Both the position numbers and the translations under genes were made by a program. From positions 128,001 to 192,000 of the forward strand of contig JBCBZJ010000003.1 of NCBI GenBank assembly GCA_039815375.1: a stretch of DNA of 64,000 nt, given 5' to 3'. The notes below the pieces were generated by a model. The model did no database searches. It worked only from the letters and a program-made list of their open reading frames with translations, and was not told the origin of the DNA. Shown one piece after another: positions 41,537-51,602 of the stretch. Position 1 is the first letter of the stretch. The number at the start of each line of letters is the position of its first letter. The stretch comes from Verrucomicrobiota bacterium. GTDB lineage: Bacteria > Verrucomicrobiota > Verrucomicrobiia > Opitutales > Coraliomargaritaceae.

Positions 41537-42894
41537 TGCCTCCGGCAAAAGTAGATTCGCTCGATGCGGGGGCTGAGCCCGGCAGCGAGTTGCCTCGGGT
41601 ATTGGTGCTTGGGGGTGGTTTTGGCGGTATGGCTGCCTGCAAGTGTCTCGCTGATATGCCCGTGCAGGTGACGCTGGTCGATCGGGAAAACCACCACCTC
41701 TTTCAGCCTTTGCTCTATCAGGTTGCGACAGCCGGCCTCTCTGCTGCGGATATTGCCCAGCCCTTGAGGCACATTTTTGCGCAGCAGAAGAACCTTGTCA
41801 CCCTGATGGAGGAAGTCGTTTCGATTGACCTGAAGGGCTGCAAGGTCGAGTTGAAGGGGTCTTCGCTATCTTACGATTACCTGGTTATTGGTCTTGGTGT
41901 TGTCACCGGATACTTTGGCAACAACGATTGGGCACGTTTTGCGCCGGGCCTAAAGACCCTTGACGAGGCGACCGAACTCAGACGTCGCATTCTACTTGCT
42001 TTTGAACGGGCAGAAAACTCTGCGGAGCAGCAAACGGATGACGCTTGGCTAAGCTTTTTAGTCGTGGGCGGGGGGCCAACCGGTGTTGAACTTGCAGGTG
42101 CAGTTGCAGAGTTGGCGCGCTACGTTCTGGCTCGTGAGTTTCGACGAATAGATCCGGCCAAGACACATGTCTACCTGATTGAAGCAGGCCCCCGGCTCTT
42201 GCCGGCATTCAAAGAAGCCGAGTCGGACTACACTCAGAAACGGCTGGAAAAGATGGGGGTAACCGTACGCCTGAATTCACCTGTCAGTGCAGTTCGAGCG
42301 GACGGTGTCACTGTGGGAGAAGAATTTATTCCTGCGGAAACCGTTCTCTGGGCGGCTGGTGTGGAGGGCAATCCTGTTGCGCGGGAGCTTTCTAATGTGT
42401 CGTTGGATCGAGGAGGCCGGATTATGACCGACGCATCGCTAACCGTGCCAGGACACGAAAATGCCTTTGTGGTCGGGGATTTAGCCAAGCTGGAGGACGC
42501 CAAGGGCAAGCCGGTTCCGGGGGTTGCTCCGGCCGCGATGCAGATGGGTCGACATGTAGGAGAGCAGATCCGGAACGAATTAAGGGGTAAGCCCCGGAAA
42601 CCTTTTGTCTATTTTGACAAGGGGAACCTTGCGACGATTGGTCGTAGTAGTGCGGTTGCGGAAGTGCGCTCATTTACCATGCGGGGTTACTTCGCCTGGG
42701 TTGCCTGGCTGGGTGTGCACCTGATTTTTCTTTTTGGTATGCGAAACCGGATAAGCGTTTTCCTTCATTGGGTGTGGTCCTACTTTACATGGCAGCGCGG
42801 GGCTCGAATCATCACCAAGAAACTGCCGGGTCGCCGCAACGACGAGGCAGTTGAAGGCTTCGCTCAACTGGATGAGGTCGATTTAAAGCGCTGA
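41536..42894 (+). CDS. ndh: Type II NADH dehydrogenase
   Basis: GGGFGG, LFQPLLYQVATAGL, GGGPTGVELAG, WAAGV, YFDKGNLATIGR. Confidence 0.88.
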   Translation: MPPAKVDSLDAGAEPGSELPRVLVLGGGFGGMAACKCLADMPVQVTLVDRENHHLFQPLLYQVATAGLSAADIAQPLRHIFAQQKNLVTLMEEVVSIDLKGCKVELKGSSLSYDYLVIGLGVVTGYFGNNDWARFAPGLKTLDEATELRRRILLAFERAENSAEQQTDDAWLSFLVVGGGPTGVELAGAVAELARYVLAREFRRIDPAKTHVYLIEAGPRLLPAFKEAESDYTQKRLEKMGVTVRLNSPVSAVRADGVTVGEEFIPAETVLWAAGVEGNPVARELSNVSLDRGGRIMTDASLTVPGHENAFVVGDLAKLEDAKGKPVPGVAPAAMQMGRHVGEQIRNELRGKPRKPFVYFDKGNLATIGRSSAVAEVRSFTMRGYFAWVAWLGVHLIFLFGMRNRISVFLHWVWSYFTWQRGARIITKKLPGRRNDEAVEGFAQLDEVDLKR

Positions 42895-42990
42895 GGCTTG
42901 GCCGTTATTTTCAAGTTTCGGAGGAGTCATCAAGGGTGATCTCCAACCGCCAATTCGATTTACATCTACCCAAACTATAGAAGATCCAAG

Positions 42991-43881
42991 ATGAACAGGT
43001 ATACTGGCACTTCTGCCGCACAGCGCCCGCTTCGTTCGGCAAAGACTCGTCCGGCCAAGGCGAACTACAGTTTCAAAACAAATGCTGAGGGATGGATTCC
43101 CACCGCAGGCACCTTTGCGGAGCTCTTTGCCAGCCTATTGGAGCTTCCGTCAATTCGGCTGCAGCTTGAGCATGCCTACGGGAGCCTTGCCATGCAGATG
43201 AGTAATGAAGAGCTTGGTTTAATCCTAAGTGGTCTCCAGCTCGATCCGGCAATTGAAATCAGCCATGACGAAGCCGATCCCTTGATCGATTCCTGGGCGC
43301 GTCTCGAGGTGTGTGACCAGTGTGGTTCGCCGGGCTTTTTGAACTGCTACAATTTCGCCGGGCTGCGCCTGCTGAAGATCCAGGCATCGGCCGGGGTAGA
43401 GCCATCGGACTGGGCGCGCGTTTTGGAGCAAGTCACCGACCCTTCGAAGCTTAAAACTGTCGCGGCATCCGACTCGTTTCCGGAAAAGACAAGCCAGCAG
43501 AAGCCGTTGCCGGATGACTTTCACCCGGTTGAAATGAAGAAATGGACCTTCCTGCGCCTTATTGTCGAATACTCGAAGCGCTCGCTTCCGCTGGAATTTT
43601 GCCTTCCTAGCTACGGACTTAGCCTGCGCAGTGCATTCACGGTGCAGGAGATTGATGAAGGTCGGGGACTCCTCACCTGCATGTCCCCGCGTGCAGGTTT
43701 TCAACTCAACATGAGTGCATTGGAAACTTTCGCGGTTGGCACGCGAGATGGAAGAGAGACGCTTTTTCTAATGAGCAGCACCGATAGCACTATGCTGGAG
43801 GTGGCACCCCCTTCAAATAGCGTCGGCGCAAGTTTCTGGTTGGATGAAATTCAAGAGGCGATTGCAGACTCGAATCCATAG
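42991..43881 (+). CDS. Hypothetical protein, divergent HemS/ChuS-like two-domain fold, CxxCGSPG motif (paralog 2)
   Basis: EHAYG, CDQCGSPG, DWARV; C-half LLTCMSPRAGFQLNMSALE is reminiscent of the HemS C-domain. Confidence 0.55.
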   Translation: MNRYTGTSAAQRPLRSAKTRPAKANYSFKTNAEGWIPTAGTFAELFASLLELPSIRLQLEHAYGSLAMQMSNEELGLILSGLQLDPAIEISHDEADPLIDSWARLEVCDQCGSPGFLNCYNFAGLRLLKIQASAGVEPSDWARVLEQVTDPSKLKTVAASDSFPEKTSQQKPLPDDFHPVEMKKWTFLRLIVEYSKRSLPLEFCLPSYGLSLRSAFTVQEIDEGRGLLTCMSPRAGFQLNMSALETFAVGTRDGRETLFLMSSTDSTMLEVAPPSNSVGASFWLDEIQEAIADSNP

Positions 43882-43969
43882 ATGCTGACGCCCCGGGCAG
43901 GCATTCCTATCTGAATAGAAGCATGTTTCCGAATTCGATTCGATGTAGGGCGCAGGAGCCCGGAGTGAC

Positions 43970-45730
43970 TTAATAGACGTCGCGAACGTAGCGCTTGGCC
44001 TTCATCATCGCCTGCACGTAGCTGACCGCATCTTCCTCGCTCATCTTGCCGTGCTCGGCAATGACAGCGTGCAGGGCCTTATCGACGTCTTTGGCCATAC
44101 GATAGGCATCACCACAGACGAAAAAGTAAGCACCTTGCTCAAGCCATTGAAAGAGTTCCGCACCGTGTTCCCGCATCCGGTCCTGGACATAAATCTTTTC
44201 CTCCTGGTCGCGCGAGAAGGCGAGGTCGAGCCGGGTCAGCACTCCGTTTTGCTGAAGATCCACAAGCTGTTCCTCGTAGAGGAAATCATTTGCCTGTGTG
44301 CGGTCACCGAAGAGGAGCCAATTCTTGCCTGAAGCACCTGTGAACTCCCGTTCTTCCAGAAAAGCGCGGAAGGGCGCGATACCGGTGCCGGGGCCGACCA
44401 TGATCATCGGGGCGCTTTCGTCTGCCGGCACACCGAAGCTCTTGTTTGGTGCCGGGTAGATTTTTACTTTCGTCTCTGCATCGACACGGTCGGCGAGGAA
44501 AGTGGAGCAGACGCCTTTCTTTGCACGCCCATTGGATTCATAGCGGACGCTCGCGACGGTCAAGTGGACCTCTCCCGGATGCTTGTTGATGCTCGAGGAA
44601 ATGGAGTAGAGACGCGGTTGGATACGCTTGAGCAGGGCAACGAACTCACTGGCAGTGAAAACAGCCTTTTCGAAGCCGATGAGTAGGTCGATGACATCCT
44701 TTCCCCAAAGAAAGTCGGTCAGCTTTTCCTTATTTTCAGGTTCTAGCAGGTTTAGGAGCCCTTCGTCTCCTGAGCGTTCGGCGATGGCGGCGAGCAGTTC
44801 CTTCGAGGGAAGCTTGATTTCGAAGTCGCCAAAAAGCGCTTCTGTCAGGCTTTTTTCATTACCTTCGGCTACGGTGACAGGTGCTTCCGGATCAACGCCA
44901 AGTGCGGTGATGATTTCGGCAACAAGTTCGGGGCAGTTCGTAGGGTAGACTCCGAGCGCATCACCCACATCGTAAGTGATATCCGAGCCTTCCAGCGAAA
45001 TTTCGTAATGCTTGGTTTCCTTGTCGGACTTGGGTGTGAGCGACTCGTTCGTCGTGAGCGTGGCAGAAAACGGGTTCTTCTTCGTCCACTGCGATTTTGC
45101 GGGCACTTTGGCAGCACCTGCCGGTGCAGCTGAAGCTGTGGAGGCAACGCTTCCACCGACCTGGGCTATGGCTGGGAGCACGGTTTCGGTCCATTCTGCA
45201 AAGGGTTCTTCGAACTCGAGGTCACAGTCTACACGCTCGATTAGCTTCGTGGCACCGAGGTCCTCGAGGCGTTTTTCCCAATCCTTGCCTGCTTGGCAAA
45301 ACAAGTCGTAGCTGGTGTCACCCAAGGCGAGCACGGCAAAGTGGCTGTTTTCCAAACGTGGTGCAGTCGAGCCCGTGACTTCGTTCCAAAGGGCAATCGC
45401 ATTATCCGGCATTTCACCGTCACCATAGGTGCTGGTGATGATCAGAAGGCGCTCGAAATCTGCCAGTGCGGAGGCTTCGATCTCGTCCATGCCAAGGACG
45501 GTCGGCTGAAGGCCGTGAGCGGCGGCTTTCTCAGCGGTATCATTGGCCAGAGTCTCTGCGTTGCCCGTTTGGGTGCCGTAAAGGATGGTCAAGGGTTTGA
45601 CCGAGGCGGCGTCTTGCTCGCTTGTGCTGGAACTGAGCAAGCGCGAGTTCAGGCCGGCAAAAAATCCGCCCAGCCATTGACGTTGGCCCTCGCTGAAGGG
45701 CGCATCTTCGGGAATGTGTGGCGTTTTCAT
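43970..45730 (-). CDS. CysJ-like NADPH diflavin (FMN/FAD) reductase
   Basis: YGTQTGNAE flavodoxin domain, RLYSISS, GVCS.FL, GPGTGIAPFR, VCGDA, RYVRDVY. No cysI or nirA in the window. Confidence 0.9.
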   Translation of the reverse strand: MKTPHIPEDAPFSEGQRQWLGGFFAGLNSRLLSSSTSEQDAASVKPLTILYGTQTGNAETLANDTAEKAAAHGLQPTVLGMDEIEASALADFERLLIITSTYGDGEMPDNAIALWNEVTGSTAPRLENSHFAVLALGDTSYDLFCQAGKDWEKRLEDLGATKLIERVDCDLEFEEPFAEWTETVLPAIAQVGGSVASTASAAPAGAAKVPAKSQWTKKNPFSATLTTNESLTPKSDKETKHYEISLEGSDITYDVGDALGVYPTNCPELVAEIITALGVDPEAPVTVAEGNEKSLTEALFGDFEIKLPSKELLAAIAERSGDEGLLNLLEPENKEKLTDFLWGKDVIDLLIGFEKAVFTASEFVALLKRIQPRLYSISSSINKHPGEVHLTVASVRYESNGRAKKGVCSTFLADRVDAETKVKIYPAPNKSFGVPADESAPMIMVGPGTGIAPFRAFLEEREFTGASGKNWLLFGDRTQANDFLYEEQLVDLQQNGVLTRLDLAFSRDQEEKIYVQDRMREHGAELFQWLEQGAYFFVCGDAYRMAKDVDKALHAVIAEHGKMSEEDAVSYVQAMMKAKRYVRDVY

Positions 45731-45800
45731 GAACTAATTGGGAAGGAGAAGTCAGGATCAGCCGTCAACTCGACGCGCAGTATCCGGTAGTCTCCAAAAA

Positions 45801-48800
45801 CTAAGAATGCTTTTGAATAATGTGGCTTGCGAAGGACTCGTCAAATCGGAGCCTGTAAGCAGCTGCATCAGTATTTTCGCGTTCCTGACGGAGAATCCAT
45901 GCTGTGGCACCAAGAGAGTTATTATCCTGAATATCGCGTTCCAGCATGGAAAGTTTATAATCGTTGATTCGTTTCTTCGCAAGCTTTGCAGCAAGCTCTT
46001 CGGCTGAGAACGGAGCCAGTGCAGCCTTTGTATCTTTTGCGATAGTTTCGAGCAGTTTACGGTCTTTCGTTGTGATGAGATCGCGCGCGAACTGATCGAC
46101 GTGTGGCCCGGTTTCCGCGAGACCCTGCTTTTTCGCTCTTTCTGCCGCCATATCCAATGCTTTGGCGAGGTGCGAGTAGCTGTTAAGGAGTTTGAACATC
46201 TCGGGTGTATCGAGCTCGCCGTAGTTGGGGCTCGAACCGTTCAGAATAGTCTCTCCACGAACGTAGGCATCCGATAGAATCGCGATCTCCGATTCGGCGA
46301 CGGAGAAAGAGAGTTCTTCGACCATGGCTTTTTGGTCCATGCTACCGAGAATGCCCTCTACCGTTTGTGTGCGATAGAGTGCTTTCGGGGTCGCAAAGAA
46401 AACAAACTGCTTTTCATAGTCCCAGTGCTTGAGAATCTTACCCGCGATGACTGAGCCGGTGCGGGTCAGGTGCTCTTCGAGCATTCGCTTTACGATTGCT
46501 TCGTGGGCTCTGGCTTCGTCGCTCTCATCCGAAATCGGCTTGATCACGACCGAGTCTGCACTGTGGCGCTCTTCGAGCATGCTGTCCGGGTCATACTGGT
46601 AAGCATTGCCACCGGACATGCCGTTGCAGAAACCTTTTCCGAAGGTTCCGAGGTTGAGAACTGTGCCGTTCGTCATGTATTCGCAGCAGAAGTCGCCGAC
46701 GCCTTCGACAACGGCGAGCGCGCCTGAATTTCGCACTGCGAAGCGGTCGCCCGCTTCACCGTTGACGTAAAGTTGACCTCCCGATGCTCCGAAGAGTGCG
46801 AAGTTTCCGATCAGGACATTTTCGCCCGGATTAAAGCTACCGCCACCGGGTGATTTAATGACGGCCATACCGCCGCAGGCACCTTTACCGACGCCGTCAT
46901 TGCAGGTGCCGGTATGCTCAAGAAGCATGCCGTCATTCATCCAGCAGGCGAAAGATTGGCCTGCCGAGCGTGTCGTGCGCAGGACGACGCTCTCGGGTGC
47001 GAGGAAGCGGCGGCCCTTTTTACCAAAAAGAATCGAGGGAGCGGAATCGGCCTGCTCTTCGGTGATTTCGTGGGTGAGGCAGCGCTCAATATCGATGGCG
47101 AGTTGACCACCGAGTGTCTTGTGCCGGTTTTCAAGGAGGTAAGCATCCCCTTCGAAGATGATGCTGCGCTCCTTGCCAAGAATGATCCGCTCCCGGACTT
47201 CGGGCCAGACGAGATCGTCGACCCGGTAGTCGGCTTCGACGTAGACGGGGTCTTCGACGACGACTTCTTTGACTTCTCCGAGGAAGTCGCGGAAGTCGAG
47301 TTTGCCGTGCAGTGTCGGGTGGTCGATGAGATGGAGCAGGCTGGTCTTGCCGCGAATCTCGTTGAGGCTGCTGTAACCGAGCCGCGCGATGATACGCCTC
47401 ACGTCGTGTGCAATATTAAGGAAGTACTGTGCCAACGCGCGTGGATCACCCTCGTAGGCTTCCGGGTTAGTGGTCAGACCGGCAGGGCACTTGACGTTAC
47501 AATTCTTCGCCATGACGCACTTCAGCATCATGAGCGCAGTGGTGCCGAACTCGAAGGAGTCGGCCCCGAGGATTGCGGATTTGACCACGTCGGATCCGGT
47601 TTGGTGGGCGTTACTTGCGCGGAGGATGACCTTGCCACGAATACCGTTGAGGCTGAGTGCCTTGTGGACCTCGGCAATACCGAGTTCGGCGGAGCGACCG
47701 GTATTCTTCAGGCTGGTGACGGCAGCGGCACCGGTGCCACCGGTAGAACCGGCAACATTGATGACATCAGCCCCGGCCTTGGCGACACCAACGGCGATTG
47801 TTCCGATGCCCTCGGAGGAAACGAGCTTCACAATGACGCGGACACGTGCAGCGTGGGCATCGTGAATCAGCTGCGCCAGGTCTTCGATCGAATAAGTGTC
47901 GTGGTGGGGCGGTGGGCTGACCAGCTCGACCAGCGGTGTGCCACCGCGGGATGATGCAATCTCGATGTTTACCTTGTGTCCAGGGAGTTGGCCACCTTCG
48001 CCGGGCTTTGCACCCTGCGCGATCTTGATCTCGATTTCTTCGAGATTCGGATCGGCAAAGTAACCTGCCCAGACACCAAAACGGCCGGAGGCGATCTGCT
48101 TGATCGTGCTGCTACGGACGGTGTTGAAGCGGTAGGACTTTTCGCCACCTTCGCCAGAGTTACTTAGGGCACCAGCGATGTTTGCACCCTGCGAGACTGC
48201 TTCGTGGGCGACGCCAACGAGCGCGCCATGGCTCATCGCGCCGGATGTCAGGCAGCGGGTGATTTTGTGTGCGGGCTGGACGTCCTCGAGCTCAAGTGGG
48301 TCGCGTGCGCGCTCCAGCTTGCCGAGATATTCCGCCATCAGTGGTGGCGCAGCGTGGACGACGAGACGGTCCTCCTCGCAGGTGAACTCGACCCCGGGGA
48401 AACGCTTTTGCCAATGATGGCCGAGGCTAGTGAGGCGAAGCACATTACACTTCGGGTAGAGCCTGGCGGTGAATGTTTCGTCGTCGCGGCTGACTTCAAG
48501 GCCCTGAACGGCGAGGTGAGCATTACCGAGGATATTTTGCTGACCGAGGATCTTATCAAAATCTTCAACCGTCTTTGCAGTCCGAATATCAGCAGGAAAG
48601 AGCATGAGATCGCGAAGTGCGGCAGGGCGCTCGGCACGGCTTGCGTTCATCGTCTTAACGAAGTTCCGGTAGGCGCGGGTCATACGGAACCCGTCAATCT
48701 GCTCGGGTGTGCGACGGTCGAAACCGAAAAACTTGTAGGCGATGTTCGATGGATCAGAACTGTCGTTCACAAGCTGATTGAGCGCGTCCTGAATCATTTC

Positions 48801-51602
48801 CGGCTCTTCATCGTTTTGGCCCTGGAACAGGTCGTCGATAATCTGGGCTTGAGACTGCTTGACCCGCTTGGTGAGGACGGCCTTAACCTCGGCCATAGCC
48901 TGCGGGTGCTTGTCGAGCCCGTAGTAGGCGAAGGTCTGCTCAATCGTTTTGGTAACATCCTCCTGCTGATCGACCATGCCGGCGATCTCCGAGTAGAGTG
49001 AAACCATCGCACGGACGGCCTCGCCGCCGCGTTCTTCGAGGAGTTCGAACTTCGCAAAGATATTATGAATCTCCTCGTCTGCAGCGTAGAGAATTTCCTC
49101 GCTGGTCATGTTCTTGTATTCCTGAACAGCGGTTACGCCGAAGCTGTGCCCGGCACCATCCTGACGCTCCTTGAAGAGGCCCAGGTGGGGAATATCCGCT
49201 TCCTGATGGATGGAGAGTGCCTTGAAATGCCACTCTGCTGCACTGGCTGCGATTTCGGAGAATCCTGCACCGCCGACAGGCGAGTTGAGATTGGGGAAAT
49301 AGCCCTTGAGGCGAGGATCGGAGGTGTCGAGGTAGTTCGACTCGAAGAACTCGCCACCAATGTAACTTTCAACTGTGCAAAGGCCGAATTTACCCATCGT
49401 CTTGAGAAGAGACTTGGCGATGGCTGCCTGGAAGTTGTCGAGTCCCTGCTCCAGATCGTTGTCTCCACTGAGGGTGCACACCCGGTTGTGAACGGTCAGT
49501 GGGCACACGGCGTGCGCGCCGTAGCCGAGTAGTGCTGCGATATGGTGCGAACTGGCGGCCTGACCGGTCTCCATCACAAAGGTGACATTGAAGCGCAGAC
49601 CTGTTTCAATAAGACGCTGGTTGGCAGCCGCGACTGCCAGCATCGCCGGGATCGCAGCCATGCTCAGCCCGATCGCGTGATCCGAGAGAATAATGATACC
49701 TGGTGCTGTGCGGGCGAGTTCCTCTACTTGGTCGCAGACGGCTTCAATTGCGCTTTGGAGGTTCTCCTCGTTGGCTGCTGTGTCCTGGCTGGGTGCGAAA
49801 AGAATGTCGACGGTCGAGACCGGCACTTCGTTTTGCTGAACAATTTGTTCGAGATGGTGCCGCTGAAGGACTGGAGAGTGGAGCACGATTTGTTTGCTGG
49901 TGCTCTCCGAGAAGTTTGGCTTTGCCCCGAGCGCAACGCGGAGCGTCATGCCGTCCTTTTCGCGCATCGAGTCAAGCGGCGGATTGGTGACCTGCGCAAA
50001 GCGTTGGCTGAAATAGCGGCCCATGCCACCTTCTGCGCCGGACATGGAGTTGCTCGCGATACCATAACCCATCGCGCTGATTTTCTCTCCGCCCGTGACG
50101 ATCATCGGGTCGAGAAGGAAGCGGAAACTCTCCTGATTCATCGAATAGGCAACATGTCGCTGCTCAATGGAAAATTCATGCGCTTCGTTGAGCGACTCGA
50201 TGGCCACCTTAGGCATGTCGGCCAGCTTAAAGGAACGCTCTTTGACGAGCTGGATAAAGTCTTCCTTCGCAGCGAGCTGGTCATGGACTTCCGAAGTCGT
50301 GTAGCTCTCTCCGGTTTCATGATCGAAGTAGAGGATGCCTCCGGACTCGATGCGCCCTCGGCGAATCACTGACTCGGGTGGGAAATGAATCTGTCCGGCT
50401 TCTGAAGTGACCGCAAGGTACTCCTCGGTTTCTACAGTGCGCAGTGGACGCAGACCCATCCGGTCTAGCTTGGCCCCGACGATCGAACCATCGCTGAATA
50501 CCAGTGCGGCAGGGCCATCATTCTTTTCTTCATAGAGGCTGTAATATTCCAGCATCGCGCGGACTTCAGGCATAAGCGATGCATCATTCTCCCAGGCAGG
50601 GGGCATCATGGCGACGACCGCGGTGACGATGTCGAGGCCGTCTTCGATGATACGCCGGGCGATGGTCTGATCGAGACGCGCCGAGTCGGACTGGCCGGTG
50701 GGAAAGATGACGCGCTTATTCTTCTGCTTGGCGATAGCGTCTTCGCTAAGACGGTTCTTCCGGTCTGTGTTCAGCTCGCCGTTGTGTGCCATCCAGCGGA
50801 AAGGCTGAGCCATGAAGGTGGCGGGTTCGGTATTGGTCGAGAAACGCGTATGAAAGAGAAATATGCTGATCTCGTGATCCGGGTCTGTGAGATCAATGAA
50901 GTAGGGCACAACCTCGCCCGAATTGAGCCTACCCTTGTAGACCATTGTCCGCGCGCTCATGGAGAGCGGATAAAAGCCCTCCATTCCTCCCTGATTGAAA
51001 GCGACTGCTTCGATCGCGATGAGAGTATCATTGATGACATGGTCGAAATCTGCCAATGGCGCTTCAGCAAGTGCCTCAGGACGGCCGAAGACGAGCTGAC
51101 GGATCGTTTGCTGCGCGGCAGCCGCCTTTGCATTGAGCGTATCATTGTTGACCGGTACGTCACGCCAGAGCCAGACCGGAAGACCGGAGTCGGCGCACTT
51201 TTGTTCGATCAGGGTGCGTGTTTCCTCGTGGCGGGACGCATCAAAAGGAAAAAAGAAATTCGCTACCCCGAACTCACCCTGGCTAAGGCAGTCCCTGCCG
51301 GCAATCTTGGCAAAGAACTTACGAGAGAGATCCATATTGATGCCCGCACCGTCGCCGATGCCTTCAGAGCTCATTCCGCCTCGGTGCGGGATAACACAAA
51401 GCGCTTCATGGCCCTTCAGCATGAGATCATGCGTTTGTTCGCCACTCTTTGCAGTGATAAACCCGACACCGCAGCTGTCGCGGTCAGATTCGGGGTCGAA
51501 GAGTTTGTGCTCGGACAGGGGCGCCGTCGCAGAGGTGGCAGCCTCCTTGCGGATAGCTGCATCAATAATCTCCTCGTGGGTAGCTGTGGTTCGAATGCCC
51601 AT
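45801..51602 (-). CDS. gltB: Glutamate synthase large-subunit-like protein, oversized (1933 aa)
   Basis: DSCGVGF Ntn cysteine, HTRFSTNT, HNGELNT, FAQVTNPP, SNSGEGGE, QGAKPGEGGQLPG, SPPPHHD, Cys triad, GXGXG domain. Confidence 0.88.
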   Translation of the reverse strand: MGIRTTATHEEIIDAAIRKEAATSATAPLSEHKLFDPESDRDSCGVGFITAKSGEQTHDLMLKGHEALCVIPHRGGMSSEGIGDGAGINMDLSRKFFAKIAGRDCLSQGEFGVANFFFPFDASRHEETRTLIEQKCADSGLPVWLWRDVPVNNDTLNAKAAAAQQTIRQLVFGRPEALAEAPLADFDHVINDTLIAIEAVAFNQGGMEGFYPLSMSARTMVYKGRLNSGEVVPYFIDLTDPDHEISIFLFHTRFSTNTEPATFMAQPFRWMAHNGELNTDRKNRLSEDAIAKQKNKRVIFPTGQSDSARLDQTIARRIIEDGLDIVTAVVAMMPPAWENDASLMPEVRAMLEYYSLYEEKNDGPAALVFSDGSIVGAKLDRMGLRPLRTVETEEYLAVTSEAGQIHFPPESVIRRGRIESGGILYFDHETGESYTTSEVHDQLAAKEDFIQLVKERSFKLADMPKVAIESLNEAHEFSIEQRHVAYSMNQESFRFLLDPMIVTGGEKISAMGYGIASNSMSGAEGGMGRYFSQRFAQVTNPPLDSMREKDGMTLRVALGAKPNFSESTSKQIVLHSPVLQRHHLEQIVQQNEVPVSTVDILFAPSQDTAANEENLQSAIEAVCDQVEELARTAPGIIILSDHAIGLSMAAIPAMLAVAAANQRLIETGLRFNVTFVMETGQAASSHHIAALLGYGAHAVCPLTVHNRVCTLSGDNDLEQGLDNFQAAIAKSLLKTMGKFGLCTVESYIGGEFFESNYLDTSDPRLKGYFPNLNSPVGGAGFSEIAASAAEWHFKALSIHQEADIPHLGLFKERQDGAGHSFGVTAVQEYKNMTSEEILYAADEEIHNIFAKFELLEERGGEAVRAMVSLYSEIAGMVDQQEDVTKTIEQTFAYYGLDKHPQAMAEVKAVLTKRVKQSQAQIIDDLFQGQNDEEPEMIQDALNQLVNDSSDPSNIAYKFFGFDRRTPEQIDGFRMTRAYRNFVKTMNASRAERPAALRDLMLFPADIRTAKTVEDFDKILGQQNILGNAHLAVQGLEVSRDDETFTARLYPKCNVLRLTSLGHHWQKRFPGVEFTCEEDRLVVHAAPPLMAEYLGKLERARDPLELEDVQPAHKITRCLTSGAMSHGALVGVAHEAVSQGANIAGALSNSGEGGEKSYRFNTVRSSTIKQIASGRFGVWAGYFADPNLEEIEIKIAQGAKPGEGGQLPGHKVNIEIASSRGGTPLVELVSPPPHHDTYSIEDLAQLIHDAHAARVRVIVKLVSSEGIGTIAVGVAKAGADVINVAGSTGGTGAAAVTSLKNTGRSAELGIAEVHKALSLNGIRGKVILRASNAHQTGSDVVKSAILGADSFEFGTTALMMLKCVMAKNCNVKCPAGLTTNPEAYEGDPRALAQYFLNIAHDVRRIIARLGYSSLNEIRGKTSLLHLIDHPTLHGKLDFRDFLGEVKEVVVEDPVYVEADYRVDDLVWPEVRERIILGKERSIIFEGDAYLLENRHKTLGGQLAIDIERCLTHEITEEQADSAPSILFGKKGRRFLAPESVVLRTTRSAGQSFACWMNDGMLLEHTGTCNDGVGKGACGGMAVIKSPGGGSFNPGENVLIGNFALFGASGGQLYVNGEAGDRFAVRNSGALAVVEGVGDFCCEYMTNGTVLNLGTFGKGFCNGMSGGNAYQYDPDSMLEERHSADSVVIKPISDESDEARAHEAIVKRMLEEHLTRTGSVIAGKILKHWDYEKQFVFFATPKALYRTQTVEGILGSMDQKAMVEELSFSVAESEIAILSDAYVRGETILNGSSPNYGELDTPEMFKLLNSYSHLAKALDMAAERAKKQGLAETGPHVDQFARDLITTKDRKLLETIAKDTKAALAPFSAEELAAKLAKKRINDYKLSMLERDIQDNNSLGATAWILRQERENTDAAAYRLRFDESFASHIIQKHS

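Noticed and set aside
43970..45730. Calling the gene cysJ of sulfate assimilation
   Set aside because: No cysI, cysH or cysDN nearby; it is linked to gltB, so the symbol was withheld.
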